The position numbers and the translations under genes were made by a program. DNA of 64,000 bases from positions 6,498 through 70,497 of the forward strand of contig DATKNL010000012.1 in assembly GCA_035541435.1 (NCBI GenBank), in the 5' to 3' direction. Below are positions 9,427-17,892 of the stretch, in pieces (position 1 is the first letter of the stretch; each line of letters opens with the position of its first letter). Under the pieces are notes generated by a model. The model did no database searches, was not told the DNA's origin, and was given only the letters and a program-made list of their open reading frames with translations. Origin of the DNA: Minisyncoccota bacterium (GTDB lineage Bacteria > Patescibacteriota > Minisyncoccia > UBA6257 > 2-01-FULL-56-20).

Positions 9427-10674
9427 TCATTCATAGCGCAACGCCTCGATGGGATTGAGCGATGCGGCGCGGCGCGCGGGATAATAGCCGAAGATGATGC
9501 CGATCGCCGCCGACACCCCGAACGCGAGGATGACGTAGGGTACCGAAACGGTCGTCGCGATGCCGGCGAACGAGGAGATGGCGACCGAGGCGATCCATCC
9601 GAGCGCGACGCCCACGAGGCCGCCCGTGAACGTGAGCATCACGGACTCGCCGAGGAACTGCAGCGTGATGTCCCCCTTCTTCGCGCCGATCGCCTTGCGC
9701 AGGCCGATCTCGCGGGTGCGCTCGGTCACCGTCGTGAGCATCATGTTCATGATGCCGATCCCGCCCACGAGGAGCGATATCGCGGCGATGGACGCGAGGA
9801 GCAGGGTGAAGGTGTTCGTCACGCTCGAGGCGGTCGCCACGATGTCGGCCTGGTTGAGGACGGTGAAGTCCGCCTGGCTCCCGCTCGGGATGCCGTGGCG
9901 CTGCATCAGGAGGTCGGTCACGTCGTTCTGCACCTGGGCCATGTCCCCCTGCGACGCCGCCTGGATGTCGACTTCGCTCACATAGGAGGCATCGCCCAGG
10001 AAGTACCGCTGGGCGGTGAGGAGCGGCACGTAGATCACGTTGTCCTGGTTCGAAAAGCCGGTGCCGCCCTTCGAGACGGTGACCCCGATCACCGTGAAAT
10101 TGTCGCCGCCGATGCGGATGGTCTGGCCGATCGCCTGATCCGGCGTGGCCGTCGCGGTGCCGTCCGGGTCGAACAGGTTCTGCAGGACCGTCGGGCCGAT
10201 CACCGCGACCCGGTTCGCTTCGGCGTTGTCGGTGTCGGTGACGAAGGTTCCCGTGTCGACCTGCAGGTTCCTGATCTGCGGATAGCTCGGGGCCGTGCCG
10301 ATCACGCTCGTGTTGGTGTTCGCCCCGCGATAGACGACCTGTTCGCGCGAGGTGACGCTCGGCGCGACCGCCTCGACGTTCGCGACCTGCGAGGCGATGG
10401 CGCCCGCATCGTCGGGGGTGAGCGTGTGCGAGCTGCCGAGACCCGCGCTCACCGTGGTCCCGAACGAGCGCTGCGCGCCCGGCGTCACGATGATAAGGTT
10501 CGATCCGAGCGACTGGATGCTCGCCTGGATCGACGCCTGCGTCCCCTGCCCGATCGACACCATCGCGATCACGGACGCGATGCCGATCACGATGCCGAGC
10601 ATCGTGAGGCCGGACCGCACCTTGTTCACGGTCACCGCGCTGTAGGTCTCCTCGAGAAGGTCCTCGGTCCTCAT
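9427..10674 (-). CDS. ABC transporter permease, MacB/FtsX family
   Basis: 415 aa with an N-terminal TM, a large periplasmic domain and a C-terminal FtsX 3-TM bundle. Confidence 0.85.
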   Translation of the reverse strand: MRTEDLLEETYSAVTVNKVRSGLTMLGIVIGIASVIAMVSIGQGTQASIQASIQSLGSNLIIVTPGAQRSFGTTVSAGLGSSHTLTPDDAGAIASQVANVEAVAPSVTSREQVVYRGANTNTSVIGTAPSYPQIRNLQVDTGTFVTDTDNAEANRVAVIGPTVLQNLFDPDGTATATPDQAIGQTIRIGGDNFTVIGVTVSKGGTGFSNQDNVIYVPLLTAQRYFLGDASYVSEVDIQAASQGDMAQVQNDVTDLLMQRHGIPSGSQADFTVLNQADIVATASSVTNTFTLLLASIAAISLLVGGIGIMNMMLTTVTERTREIGLRKAIGAKKGDITLQFLGESVMLTFTGGLVGVALGWIASVAISSFAGIATTVSVPYVILAFGVSAAIGIIFGYYPARRAASLNPIEALRYE

Positions 10675-11396
10675 GCGTGATGATGGGCGCCGATCCGCCG
10701 CTTGTGGTTCGCTTCGATCTCGACGATCGATCCGTCGAGGATGTGCACGATGCGGTCGGCGTGCTCGGCGACGTAGCGCTCGTGCGTGATGAGGACGACC
10801 GTCTTGCCGTGCTCGCGGTTCAGGGACTGGAACGTCCCCAGCACGATCTCGCCGGTCTTCGAATCGAGGTTGCCCGTCGGCTCGTCCGCGAGGATGAGCG
10901 CCGGATCGTTCACGAGCGACCGCGCGATCGCGACGCGCTGCATCATGCCGCCCGACAGCTGGTTCGAATAGTGGTACCAGAACTCTTCCGGAAACGCCGC
11001 GCTGGCGAGCGCCTTCTTCGCGACCCGCTCGCGCTTCGCCTTGTCCATGCCCTCATAGACGAGCGGCAGCTCGACGTTCCGCACGACGGTCGTGCGCGGC
11101 AGCAGGTTGAACGCCTGGAACACGAACCCGATCTTCTCGCGGCGCACGTCGGCGAGCTCGTCCTCGGTGAGCGTCGAAACGTCCCGGCCGTCGAGCGCAT
11201 AGGTGCCGGACGTCGGCGTGTCGAGCGCCCCCAGGATGTGCATGAGGGTCGACTTGCCCGAGCCGGACGGCCCCATGATGGCGACGAACTCGCCCTGGTC
11301 CACGTCAAGCGTGACGCCCTTCAGCACGGGCGTGGCTACGCCGCCGTTCACATAAGTCTTCCTGATGTCGATGCATTGGATGATGGATTTCTTCAT
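10671..11396 (-). CDS. ABC transporter ATP-binding protein (MacB-type ATPase)
   Basis: Walker A GPSGSGKST, signature LSGGMMQRVAIARSL, Walker B ILADEPTGNLD. Confidence 0.9.
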   Translation of the reverse strand: MKKSIIQCIDIRKTYVNGGVATPVLKGVTLDVDQGEFVAIMGPSGSGKSTLMHILGALDTPTSGTYALDGRDVSTLTEDELADVRREKIGFVFQAFNLLPRTTVVRNVELPLVYEGMDKAKRERVAKKALASAAFPEEFWYHYSNQLSGGMMQRVAIARSLVNDPALILADEPTGNLDSKTGEIVLGTFQSLNREHGKTVVLITHERYVAEHADRIVHILDGSIVEIEANHKRRIGAHHHA

Positions 11397-11432
11397 TTAA
11401 ATGAAGTGCTGTTGCGCAACCGGCCCGTCGAG

Positions 11433-13283
11433 CTAGCGGCCCGTGGCCCCTGCCGCACCGCCGCGCGTCGCGCCTCCGCCGCCGCCGCCAAAGACGGCCC
11501 CGCCTCCGCCGCCCAGGGCGCGCAGCGCGTTCGTGCCGCCCGCGGCCGACGATCCCGACGATCCGGACCGCACGGTCTGCGCGACGATCTCATCGCCCAC
11601 GCTCACGCCCGAGGTGATCTCGGTCACGGTATTGTTCGTGATGCCGACCGTCACGGGCACGGACTTCGTCCCCTGCGGCAGCGGGATCGCCCCCGAAGCC
11701 GCCGAGGCGAGCGATCCCGACGCGACCGGCGTCGCGGGCTCGAGCACATAGCTCGCCCCGCCCTGGGTCACGACCGCCGCGTTCGGGACGGTGACCACGT
11801 CCTGACGGACCGCGGTCACGATGTTCGCCGTGACGCTCATGCCGGGCTTCACCGCCTGCGTGCTCGTCCCCGTGTTCGTAAAGCCGACCTGCACGTTGTA
11901 GTTCACGACGCCCTGGCTCACGGTCCCCACCGGGTCGATCTCGATCACCGTGCCCGCGACCGACAGGTCCGGCAGCGCGTCGAACGTGAGCGTGGCCTTG
12001 TCGCCGAGGCTCACCTTCGCGGCGTCGACTTCGTTGAGCGTCACCTGGGCGACCTCGCCGTCAGCCGCGATCGTGACCGCCGACGAGGCGGCCGGCGTTC
12101 CGACGATCGCCGTGATCGCCGACACGATTCCCGCGACGGGCGCCCGCACCGTATCGTTCGCAAGGTTCTGCTCGGCCGTCTGTTCCGCGATCTGGGCGTT
12201 CTGGATCGACAGCTGCTGCGACTGCACGTCAAGCGCATCCGGCCCGCCCTGCAGGGCGGCGAGCGCGTCCTGCTTCTCCTTGAGGGACAACGCGCCGTTC
12301 GTGAGCGAGGAATGATCCGACGCGATCGAGGTCTGGAGGTTCGACATGGTCGTCACGTCGCCCGTCACCGTCTGGATGTAGTTCGAAAAGGTGTTCTGAT
12401 AGGTGTTCACGAGGGGCGGCAGCGGCGTCGTGCTCGACGAGGCCGGGAAGTTGTTGATGATGTTCGTCACGAGCCCCTTGGCCTGCGCGACCGCGTCGCT
12501 CACGGCGTTCACCGTGTTCGCCGTCTCGGCGAAAAGCGCGTCGAGCTGGGCCGGCGTCGCCGTGCGCGAGAGCGCGTGATAGTCCGTCAGGTTCTGGCCG
12601 TAGGCCTGCGTCGCCGCCGCGAAGCTCGCCTGCAGGCCGTTGCGGTACGGCATGGCGCCCGCCTGAAGATAGAACGGCAGCAGGCTCACGAACGCATCGG
12701 GGTCGTTCTGGACCTTGCTCAGGTCCTTGCCGGTGATGAAGTTCTGCAGCCCGGTCATGACGGTCTGGACGTCGACGAAGACCGAGCCGAGCGAGTCGTA
12801 TCCCCTGGCATAGTCGCTCGCGAGCGTCGACGAGGCGAGGGCGAGCGACTGGTCCGCCTGGGTGACCGCGTCCTCGGTCTGCGCGAGCGTCGCCGTCGCG
12901 GGGGCCTCCTGCAGCTTCTCGAGCGAAAGCTCGGATGACCGAAGGTTGATCTCGGCCTGCGCGAGCGCCTTCTTCTCGTTCGTCGGATCGAGCTCGACCA
13001 GGGCCTGCCCGACCGCCACGTGCTCGCCGACCTTCACGTCGATCGCGGTGACGTTGCCGGAATTCTGGGCCTTCACGGGAATCGACGAGACCGCCTGGAC
13101 CTGCCCGCTCGCCGACACGGACGAGACGACGGTCCCCTGCGACGCGGCCTCAACGACATATTTCGTGACGGCGGTCGATCCGTGGGCCGACGCATACCAG
13201 TAATACCCGCCGCCGATGACGATCGCGGCTGCGATGACGGTGAGGACCTTATGGGCGCGGAGGATGGCGATGGCTTTCTTCAT
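11433..13283 (-). CDS. HlyD/MacA-like periplasmic adaptor with Gly-rich C-terminal tail
   Basis: The real start is MKKAIAILRAH at 13283; the track's N-terminal extension is Arg/Gly low-complexity. It has a coiled coil and beta-barrel, and ends GGGGAVFGGGGGGATRGGAAGATGR. Confidence 0.7.
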   Translation of the reverse strand: MKKAIAILRAHKVLTVIAAAIVIGGGYYWYASAHGSTAVTKYVVEAASQGTVVSSVSASGQVQAVSSIPVKAQNSGNVTAIDVKVGEHVAVGQALVELDPTNEKKALAQAEINLRSSELSLEKLQEAPATATLAQTEDAVTQADQSLALASSTLASDYARGYDSLGSVFVDVQTVMTGLQNFITGKDLSKVQNDPDAFVSLLPFYLQAGAMPYRNGLQASFAAATQAYGQNLTDYHALSRTATPAQLDALFAETANTVNAVSDAVAQAKGLVTNIINNFPASSSTTPLPPLVNTYQNTFSNYIQTVTGDVTTMSNLQTSIASDHSSLTNGALSLKEKQDALAALQGGPDALDVQSQQLSIQNAQIAEQTAEQNLANDTVRAPVAGIVSAITAIVGTPAASSAVTIAADGEVAQVTLNEVDAAKVSLGDKATLTFDALPDLSVAGTVIEIDPVGTVSQGVVNYNVQVGFTNTGTSTQAVKPGMSVTANIVTAVRQDVVTVPNAAVVTQGGASYVLEPATPVASGSLASAASGAIPLPQGTKSVPVTVGITNNTVTEITSGVSVGDEIVAQTVRSGSSGSSAAGGTNALRALGGGGGAVFGGGGGGATRGGAAGATGR

Positions 13284-13297
13284 GGGGATGATGTTTC

Positions 13298-13825
13298 TTA
13301 AAAGGTATGGATGATGATGACGTTCGACGCGTTCGACATCGGACCGAACTGCGTCCCGGGAGGCGACGAGGTCGCCGGGAAGACGCGGATGAAGCGGGCC
13401 TGGATCTCGCCGTCCGCGCCCGGCTGGCCGATCACGACGACCCGTTCGCCGACCTGCATCCCGTCCTCGCCCATCGTCCGGTCGTACATCCTGATGATCG
13501 TCGTCGAGGGGACCTCGACCCACTCCTCGTCGCTGTTCCCGTCCTCGACGACCAGGCTCGTCGTCGCGACGTCGACGACCGTGCCGATCACGCCGTGGGC
13601 CGACCCGGGCATGCCGCCCGCAAGCCACGGGGGCGTCCCGCCGAACACGCTGCGGTCATAGCTCGCCCCGCGGTCCGACGCGAACATCGCCTTGCGATAG
13701 CCGACATAGATGCCGAGCGCGAAGATGACGAACACGAGCGCGATGGTGCCCGTGATGGCGATGGCCGCGTTGACCTTGTTCGCGCGCGGCTCGCGGCGGG
13801 GATGGGTGGGTTCGCTCATGGTCAT
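13298..13825 (-). CDS. Membrane-anchored OB-like domain protein (paralog of 8943-9368)
   Basis: TM helix AAIAITGTIALVFVIFALGIYVGY plus a domain alignable to the secreted paralog. Confidence 0.5.
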   Translation of the reverse strand: MTMSEPTHPRREPRANKVNAAIAITGTIALVFVIFALGIYVGYRKAMFASDRGASYDRSVFGGTPPWLAGGMPGSAHGVIGTVVDVATTSLVVEDGNSDEEWVEVPSTTIIRMYDRTMGEDGMQVGERVVVIGQPGADGEIQARFIRVFPATSSPPGTQFGPMSNASNVIIIHTF

Positions 13826-14229
13826 CCGGCGCGCAGCATGCGCGCGTCATTCACGAAGCCCGACAGCGACCAGCCCGCGACGGCAAGGCCGCCGAGGGCG
13901 ATGCCCGCCGTGAAGGCCGGGAACGATTCGACAAGCGAGAGGACGGCGTCCTGCAGGTTGCCGGCGACGGCGCCGAAGTCCGAGAAGAAGAGCGAGCCGA
14001 ACTGCACGAATCCGGACTGGCCGATCTGGACGCCCGCGGCAACCAGCTCGGCGACGCCGACGGCCGCCGATGCCGCGAACAGCGCCGCGAATCCGACGAG
14101 CTTCGCGATGAGGATGCGCCGCTCGCGGGCCGCGATGGCCCGCAGCGTGCGGAACTTCAAATCCGCCGGCGGCTCCGGCGCTTCATGACCCTTGAACCAA
14201 TCGCGATAGTTCTCCGAATCCTTGCCCAT
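13822..14229 (-). CDS. Hypothetical membrane protein, putative anti-sigma factor
   Basis: It sits immediately downstream of the ECF sigma with a 4-nt overlap. It has two hydrophobic helices and no Zn-finger. Confidence 0.4.
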   Translation of the reverse strand: MGKDSENYRDWFKGHEAPEPPADLKFRTLRAIAARERRILIAKLVGFAALFAASAAVGVAELVAAGVQIGQSGFVQFGSLFFSDFGAVAGNLQDAVLSLVESFPAFTAGIALGGLAVAGWSLSGFVNDARMLRAG

Positions 14230-14290
14230 GGGTTTCTTCCTATACGAGAAAACGGGCCTTTTCGGTGCATGGGGATCCCGGCCGTCGGGA

Positions 14291-14911
14291 TCAAAAGCCA
14301 GCGGGAAGGTGCTTTTTGAGCTGCTGGAGGCCCCGCCGATGCTTGCTTTTCACCGTATCGATCGGCTCCCCGAGGATCTCGGCGATCTCGCGGAACTTGA
14401 ACCCCTCGGCATAACGGAGGGAAAGGACGATCCGGTACGGCGCGGACAGCCTGAGCAGGGCCTGGTCGAGGACCCGTGCGGTCGCCATCCGGTCGAACAT
14501 GGCGTCAGGCAGCTCCGGCGACTCGACATACGGCGCAAGCGCGGTATCGAGGTCGGCATCGGCGGCCTCAAGCTGCGAGAACAGGAGCGGTTTCTTCTTT
14601 TTGATGAAATCGAGCGACGCGTTGCGGGCGATCGTGAGGAGCCACGTCCTGAAGCTGCGGGCCTGGTCGAACGTCGCAAGGTGCTTCCATGCGCGGATGA
14701 ACGTCTCTTGCGTCACGTCGCTCGCGTCGTCGACGTTCGCAAGGTAGCGATAGGCGAAGCGGTAGACCGTCGGCATGTGGCGGTCGAGCAGGTCGGAAAA
14801 GCCCCGGTCGTTGCCGGCAAGGAACGACCGGACGAGCGCCGCGTCGTCCTCGAGGGACGGCGCGCCTGCGACGGGAAACGGCAGGGCCGGATTGTGGTCG
14901 AACGGCTTCAT
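14291..14911 (-). CDS. RNA polymerase ECF sigma factor (sigma-70 family regions 2 and 4)
   Basis: DVTQETFIRAWKHLATF (region 2) ... EGFKFREIAEILGEPIDTVKSKHRRGL (region 4). Confidence 0.85.
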   Translation of the reverse strand: MKPFDHNPALPFPVAGAPSLEDDAALVRSFLAGNDRGFSDLLDRHMPTVYRFAYRYLANVDDASDVTQETFIRAWKHLATFDQARSFRTWLLTIARNASLDFIKKKKPLLFSQLEAADADLDTALAPYVESPELPDAMFDRMATARVLDQALLRLSAPYRIVLSLRYAEGFKFREIAEILGEPIDTVKSKHRRGLQQLKKHLPAGF

Positions 14912-15348
14912 CGTTCGTAAAGGCCGACGAGGTCAGCCTGGGTTATCAGATGATTGTCGATCTGCATCTGGATTTCGCCAAGGGGTGCGGTCGCCGCAAG
15001 GTCGAGCATCTCGTTCAGGGCATACAGCTGAAAGTGATAATGATGGACGCCTCCCGGCGGGCACGGACCCATATAGCCGATGCGGCCGGCGCTGTTGCGG
15101 CCCTCGACGGAACCCGGAGGCACGCTCTCTTCCTTGATGAGCGTCGTCTCGGGATTGATGTTCCAGACGACCCAATGGGTGAAGCCGCCCTGCATGGGCG
15201 CGTCGGGATCGTGCACGATGAGGGCGAGGCTCCTCGCGCCCTGCGGAACGTTCTGAATCTGCAGCTCGGGGTTGATGCCGCCCCCGTCGCACGTGAACTT
15301 CTTGGGAATCATGGCGTCATCGTCGAACGAGGGACTCGTGATGATCAT
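14908..15348 (-). CDS. YbhB/YbcL (PEBP/RKIP) family protein
   Basis: HDPDAPMQGGFTHWVVWNI, PCPPGGVHHYHFQLYAL. Confidence 0.8.
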   Translation of the reverse strand: MIITSPSFDDDAMIPKKFTCDGGGINPELQIQNVPQGARSLALIVHDPDAPMQGGFTHWVVWNINPETTLIKEESVPPGSVEGRNSAGRIGYMGPCPPGGVHHYHFQLYALNEMLDLAATAPLGEIQMQIDNHLITQADLVGLYER

Positions 15349-15380
15349 ACCTTTTATTACAGCAGATCAGCCCTGACTTA

Positions 15381-15734
15381 TCAACGGCCGACAAATGCGC
15401 GATATTCCCTCGCGATCACGTCGGCGATCTCGCCGCGGGGCTTGCTCACGCCGGGATAGCGCCAGGCGCTGATCACCGTCCGCCGCTTCGGCGAATCCTG
15501 GACCATGACCCACAGCTCCTGGGTCCAGACCCCCGCCTTCGAGCCGCGTTTCGCGCTCACCTTCATCGATGCCGGCTGCATCATCGCGACCGTCGACGGG
15601 GCGACGCCCTCTTCGACGCGCTTCGGCGAATGCATGATGCGGCGAACCCGCGCCGGACTCAGGCGGTAATATTCCATCTTCGCCCTGGCGTGGCTCGTCC
15701 AATGAAGCGGTTTCGCGGCTCCGATCAGCGGCAT
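15381..15734 (-). CDS. Hypothetical protein
   Basis: 117-aa ORF with coding-like composition; no recognisable family. Confidence 0.35.
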   Translation of the reverse strand: MPLIGAAKPLHWTSHARAKMEYYRLSPARVRRIMHSPKRVEEGVAPSTVAMMQPASMKVSAKRGSKAGVWTQELWVMVQDSPKRRTVISAWRYPGVSKPRGEIADVIAREYRAFVGR

Positions 15735-15770
15735 GATGCCATTATAGCCGATCGACGATTAAAAACGGAT

Positions 15771-15798
15771 AAAAAAAACCGGACGCCTAAGCATCCGG
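15771..15798 (-). terminator. Intrinsic terminator after small TM gene
   Basis: Hairpin CCGGA-N10-TCCGG followed by T8 on the minus strand. Confidence 0.6.
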
Positions 15799-15815
15799 AA
15801 CAGCGGGACAACCTC

Positions 15816-16073
15816 CTAATTCTGCATCCCGACGACGAACATCTTCACTTTTGGTCCCATCTTCAGCACGGCGATCAGGACGATCAGCGCGCACGAAAGC
15901 GGGACGATGACGGCGGCGGCAAGCAACGGAGCGGGCAGGTTGTCGATCGGAAGGTGAAATCGCGCGAACACCATCATGAATGCGGCACCCGTGCCATAGA
16001 GCATGATGACGGCAGCAACGACGGCGACAAGAGCGACGACGACCCAGGCGAGAACGCCTGAAAGCATCCTCAT
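15816..16073 (-). CDS. Small hydrophobic membrane protein (85 aa)
   Basis: SD GAAGGAG 7 nt upstream, 2-3 TM helices, and a downstream terminator. Confidence 0.55.
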   Translation of the reverse strand: MRMLSGVLAWVVVALVAVVAAVIMLYGTGAAFMMVFARFHLPIDNLPAPLLAAAVIVPLSCALIVLIAVLKMGPKVKMFVVGMQN

Positions 16074-16121
16074 ACGTCATCTCCTTCTTCAAACGGGACT
16101 GCAGATACTATGCTGGAAAAA

Positions 16122-16805
16122 CTAGGAAAAGTCAATCGCCGCGCGGCGATACGTGCAGAAGTCGCACGTCGGAGCCGCATCGGGAACCGCCGCCGCGTCA
16201 TAGGTCTTCTTGGCGGCCTTGAGCGCCTGCTCGATCCACGAATCGTCGCCCTGCAGCGGCTCGATGAACATGTCGAACGAAAGCGCCGCGTGGCCCTTGC
16301 CGAAACCGCTCCCCTTGTTCACGCGCGCGAAGACGAAATAGCCGACCGGCGATACGTCGAAGCCGTTCCTGCGGAGCAGCCATTGATAGATCTCCATCTG
16401 GCGGCGGTACGAATCATAGATCTGGTGCTCCTTCGCGCCGGTCGCCTTATAGTCGACGACGTGGATGCTGCCGTCCGGATCGATCCAGAGGTCGTCGACG
16501 GCGCCATAGACGAGGAATCCCGTCGGCTCATGGTCGAACTGCACGCCCGTGAAGTTGTGCCGCCAGGTGTTCAGCTTTTCGTGCTGGAACGGCAGGGCAT
16601 CGATGTCATATTTTTCCATCACGGGATGACGCGTCCCCTTCGCGCGGTGCACGTCGAATTCCTCCTTCAAAAGATAGTCGACCGCGTTGTTCAGCGTGAA
16701 CGGCGGGCCGGACGGCCGCTTGATATGCTGCCGCAGGTCGAGCCAGAAGCAGCGCGGGCATTCCAAAAAAAGCTCGAGCTTGGAGCGCGACAGTTTGACG
16801 GCCAT
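16122..16805 (-). CDS. PD-(D/E)XK nuclease, Cas4/RecB-like with Cys cluster
   Basis: N-terminal SRSKLELFLECPRCFWL, DDLWID, VVDYK, QMEIYQWLL, and C-terminal CDFC (4 Cys, probable Fe-S). Confidence 0.7.
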   Translation of the reverse strand: MAVKLSRSKLELFLECPRCFWLDLRQHIKRPSGPPFTLNNAVDYLLKEEFDVHRAKGTRHPVMEKYDIDALPFQHEKLNTWRHNFTGVQFDHEPTGFLVYGAVDDLWIDPDGSIHVVDYKATGAKEHQIYDSYRRQMEIYQWLLRRNGFDVSPVGYFVFARVNKGSGFGKGHAALSFDMFIEPLQGDDSWIEQALKAAKKTYDAAAVPDAAPTCDFCTYRRAAIDFS

Positions 16806-16810
16806 GCGTC

Positions 16811-17782
16811 TCAGCGGCTGATGAGTTTCTTGAACTCCTCAACCATCGGCACCTGCTCGGGGTCGACGCCATAGAGCTTGCCGGTATAGAACGCCGTCCA
16901 GTCCGCGAGGTTCAGCACCGTGAAGATCTTATGGATCTCGTTCTTGCCCTGCATGAGCACGATCTCGGTCTTGAAGCCGCGGTCGCGGAACAGCTTCTCC
17001 ATCACGTTCATGCGCTTGATGATGCGCCGGTCGTCGCTCGCGTCCTTGAGAAAGACGAAATGGAACACGCGCGAGAGCGGCGGGGTCTTGCCCTTCGCAT
17101 CGAAGCCCGTCATCTCGTTGTGGTTGACCTCGGGAACGACGTTCCAGAACGCCGGGATCTTGCCGGTCTCGTTGAATTTGATCTTCCAGTTCTTCGCGAC
17201 GGCGAGGTTGCGCACCGAGGCATAGATCACGGGGACGCTGCCGTGCAGGCGCCTCGCGAGGTCGCGGCCGCGCAGCTCTTCGCGGGACGTCTGGAGCGAG
17301 TGCGCCAGGGTCTTCAGTTCCGCAAGCATCCCCTTCTCGCCCATGAGCGCGAGCATGCCGATCATGCTGAGGCCCGTCGCCATGCGGGGCTGCATGTGAA
17401 GGTCGGGCAGCTGCACATAGGGCACCTTGAGCGTCTGCGCGAGCTTGATCAGCTTGCCGCGCGAAGCCATCGCGACGAAATTGAGCTTTTTCTTCTTGGC
17501 GGCCTGCAGGGCGTCGATCGCCTCTTCGGTGTTGCCCGAATAGGAACTGATGATGATCAGCCGGTCCTTGAGGTCCTTGTCCGCGAGCGGCGGAAGCCCG
17601 TAGTTGTGCCAGATCACGAGATCGAGCGACGGGTGCCAATCAAGCAGAAGGTCGGCCGCGAGGTGCGATCCGCCCATCCCGCACACGGCGAACTTCGTGA
17701 ATTTCTTCAGCTTCTTCGCGTTTTCGACCACCGGCACGTACTCGAACTGGTCCGCATATTTTTTAATGTCTTCTGGTAGCAT
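16811..17782 (-). CDS. Bifunctional phosphoglucose/phosphomannose isomerase (SIS domain, archaeal-type PGI/PMI)
   Basis: SIS motifs CGMGGSHLAAD, ISSYSGNTEE; start taken at MLPEDIKKY (the ORF track extends to 17836). Confidence 0.7.
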   Translation of the reverse strand: MLPEDIKKYADQFEYVPVVENAKKLKKFTKFAVCGMGGSHLAADLLLDWHPSLDLVIWHNYGLPPLADKDLKDRLIIISSYSGNTEEAIDALQAAKKKKLNFVAMASRGKLIKLAQTLKVPYVQLPDLHMQPRMATGLSMIGMLALMGEKGMLAELKTLAHSLQTSREELRGRDLARRLHGSVPVIYASVRNLAVAKNWKIKFNETGKIPAFWNVVPEVNHNEMTGFDAKGKTPPLSRVFHFVFLKDASDDRRIIKRMNVMEKLFRDRGFKTEIVLMQGKNEIHKIFTVLNLADWTAFYTGKLYGVDPEQVPMVEEFKKLISR

Positions 17783-17892
17783 GCATTCATTATAAGGCAA
17801 CCGGGGGCAAAAGAAATGGGACCAATCCACAGGCATCTGGGCATCGACAAAACGGCGTCCTCCCTTTCGGCGCCCTGATTCGGATGAATGGA

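Noticed and set aside
10677-12938. 753-aa + strand ORF
   Set aside because: It is antisense to the ABC ATPase and MacA-like genes. It has low-complexity composition and no motifs.
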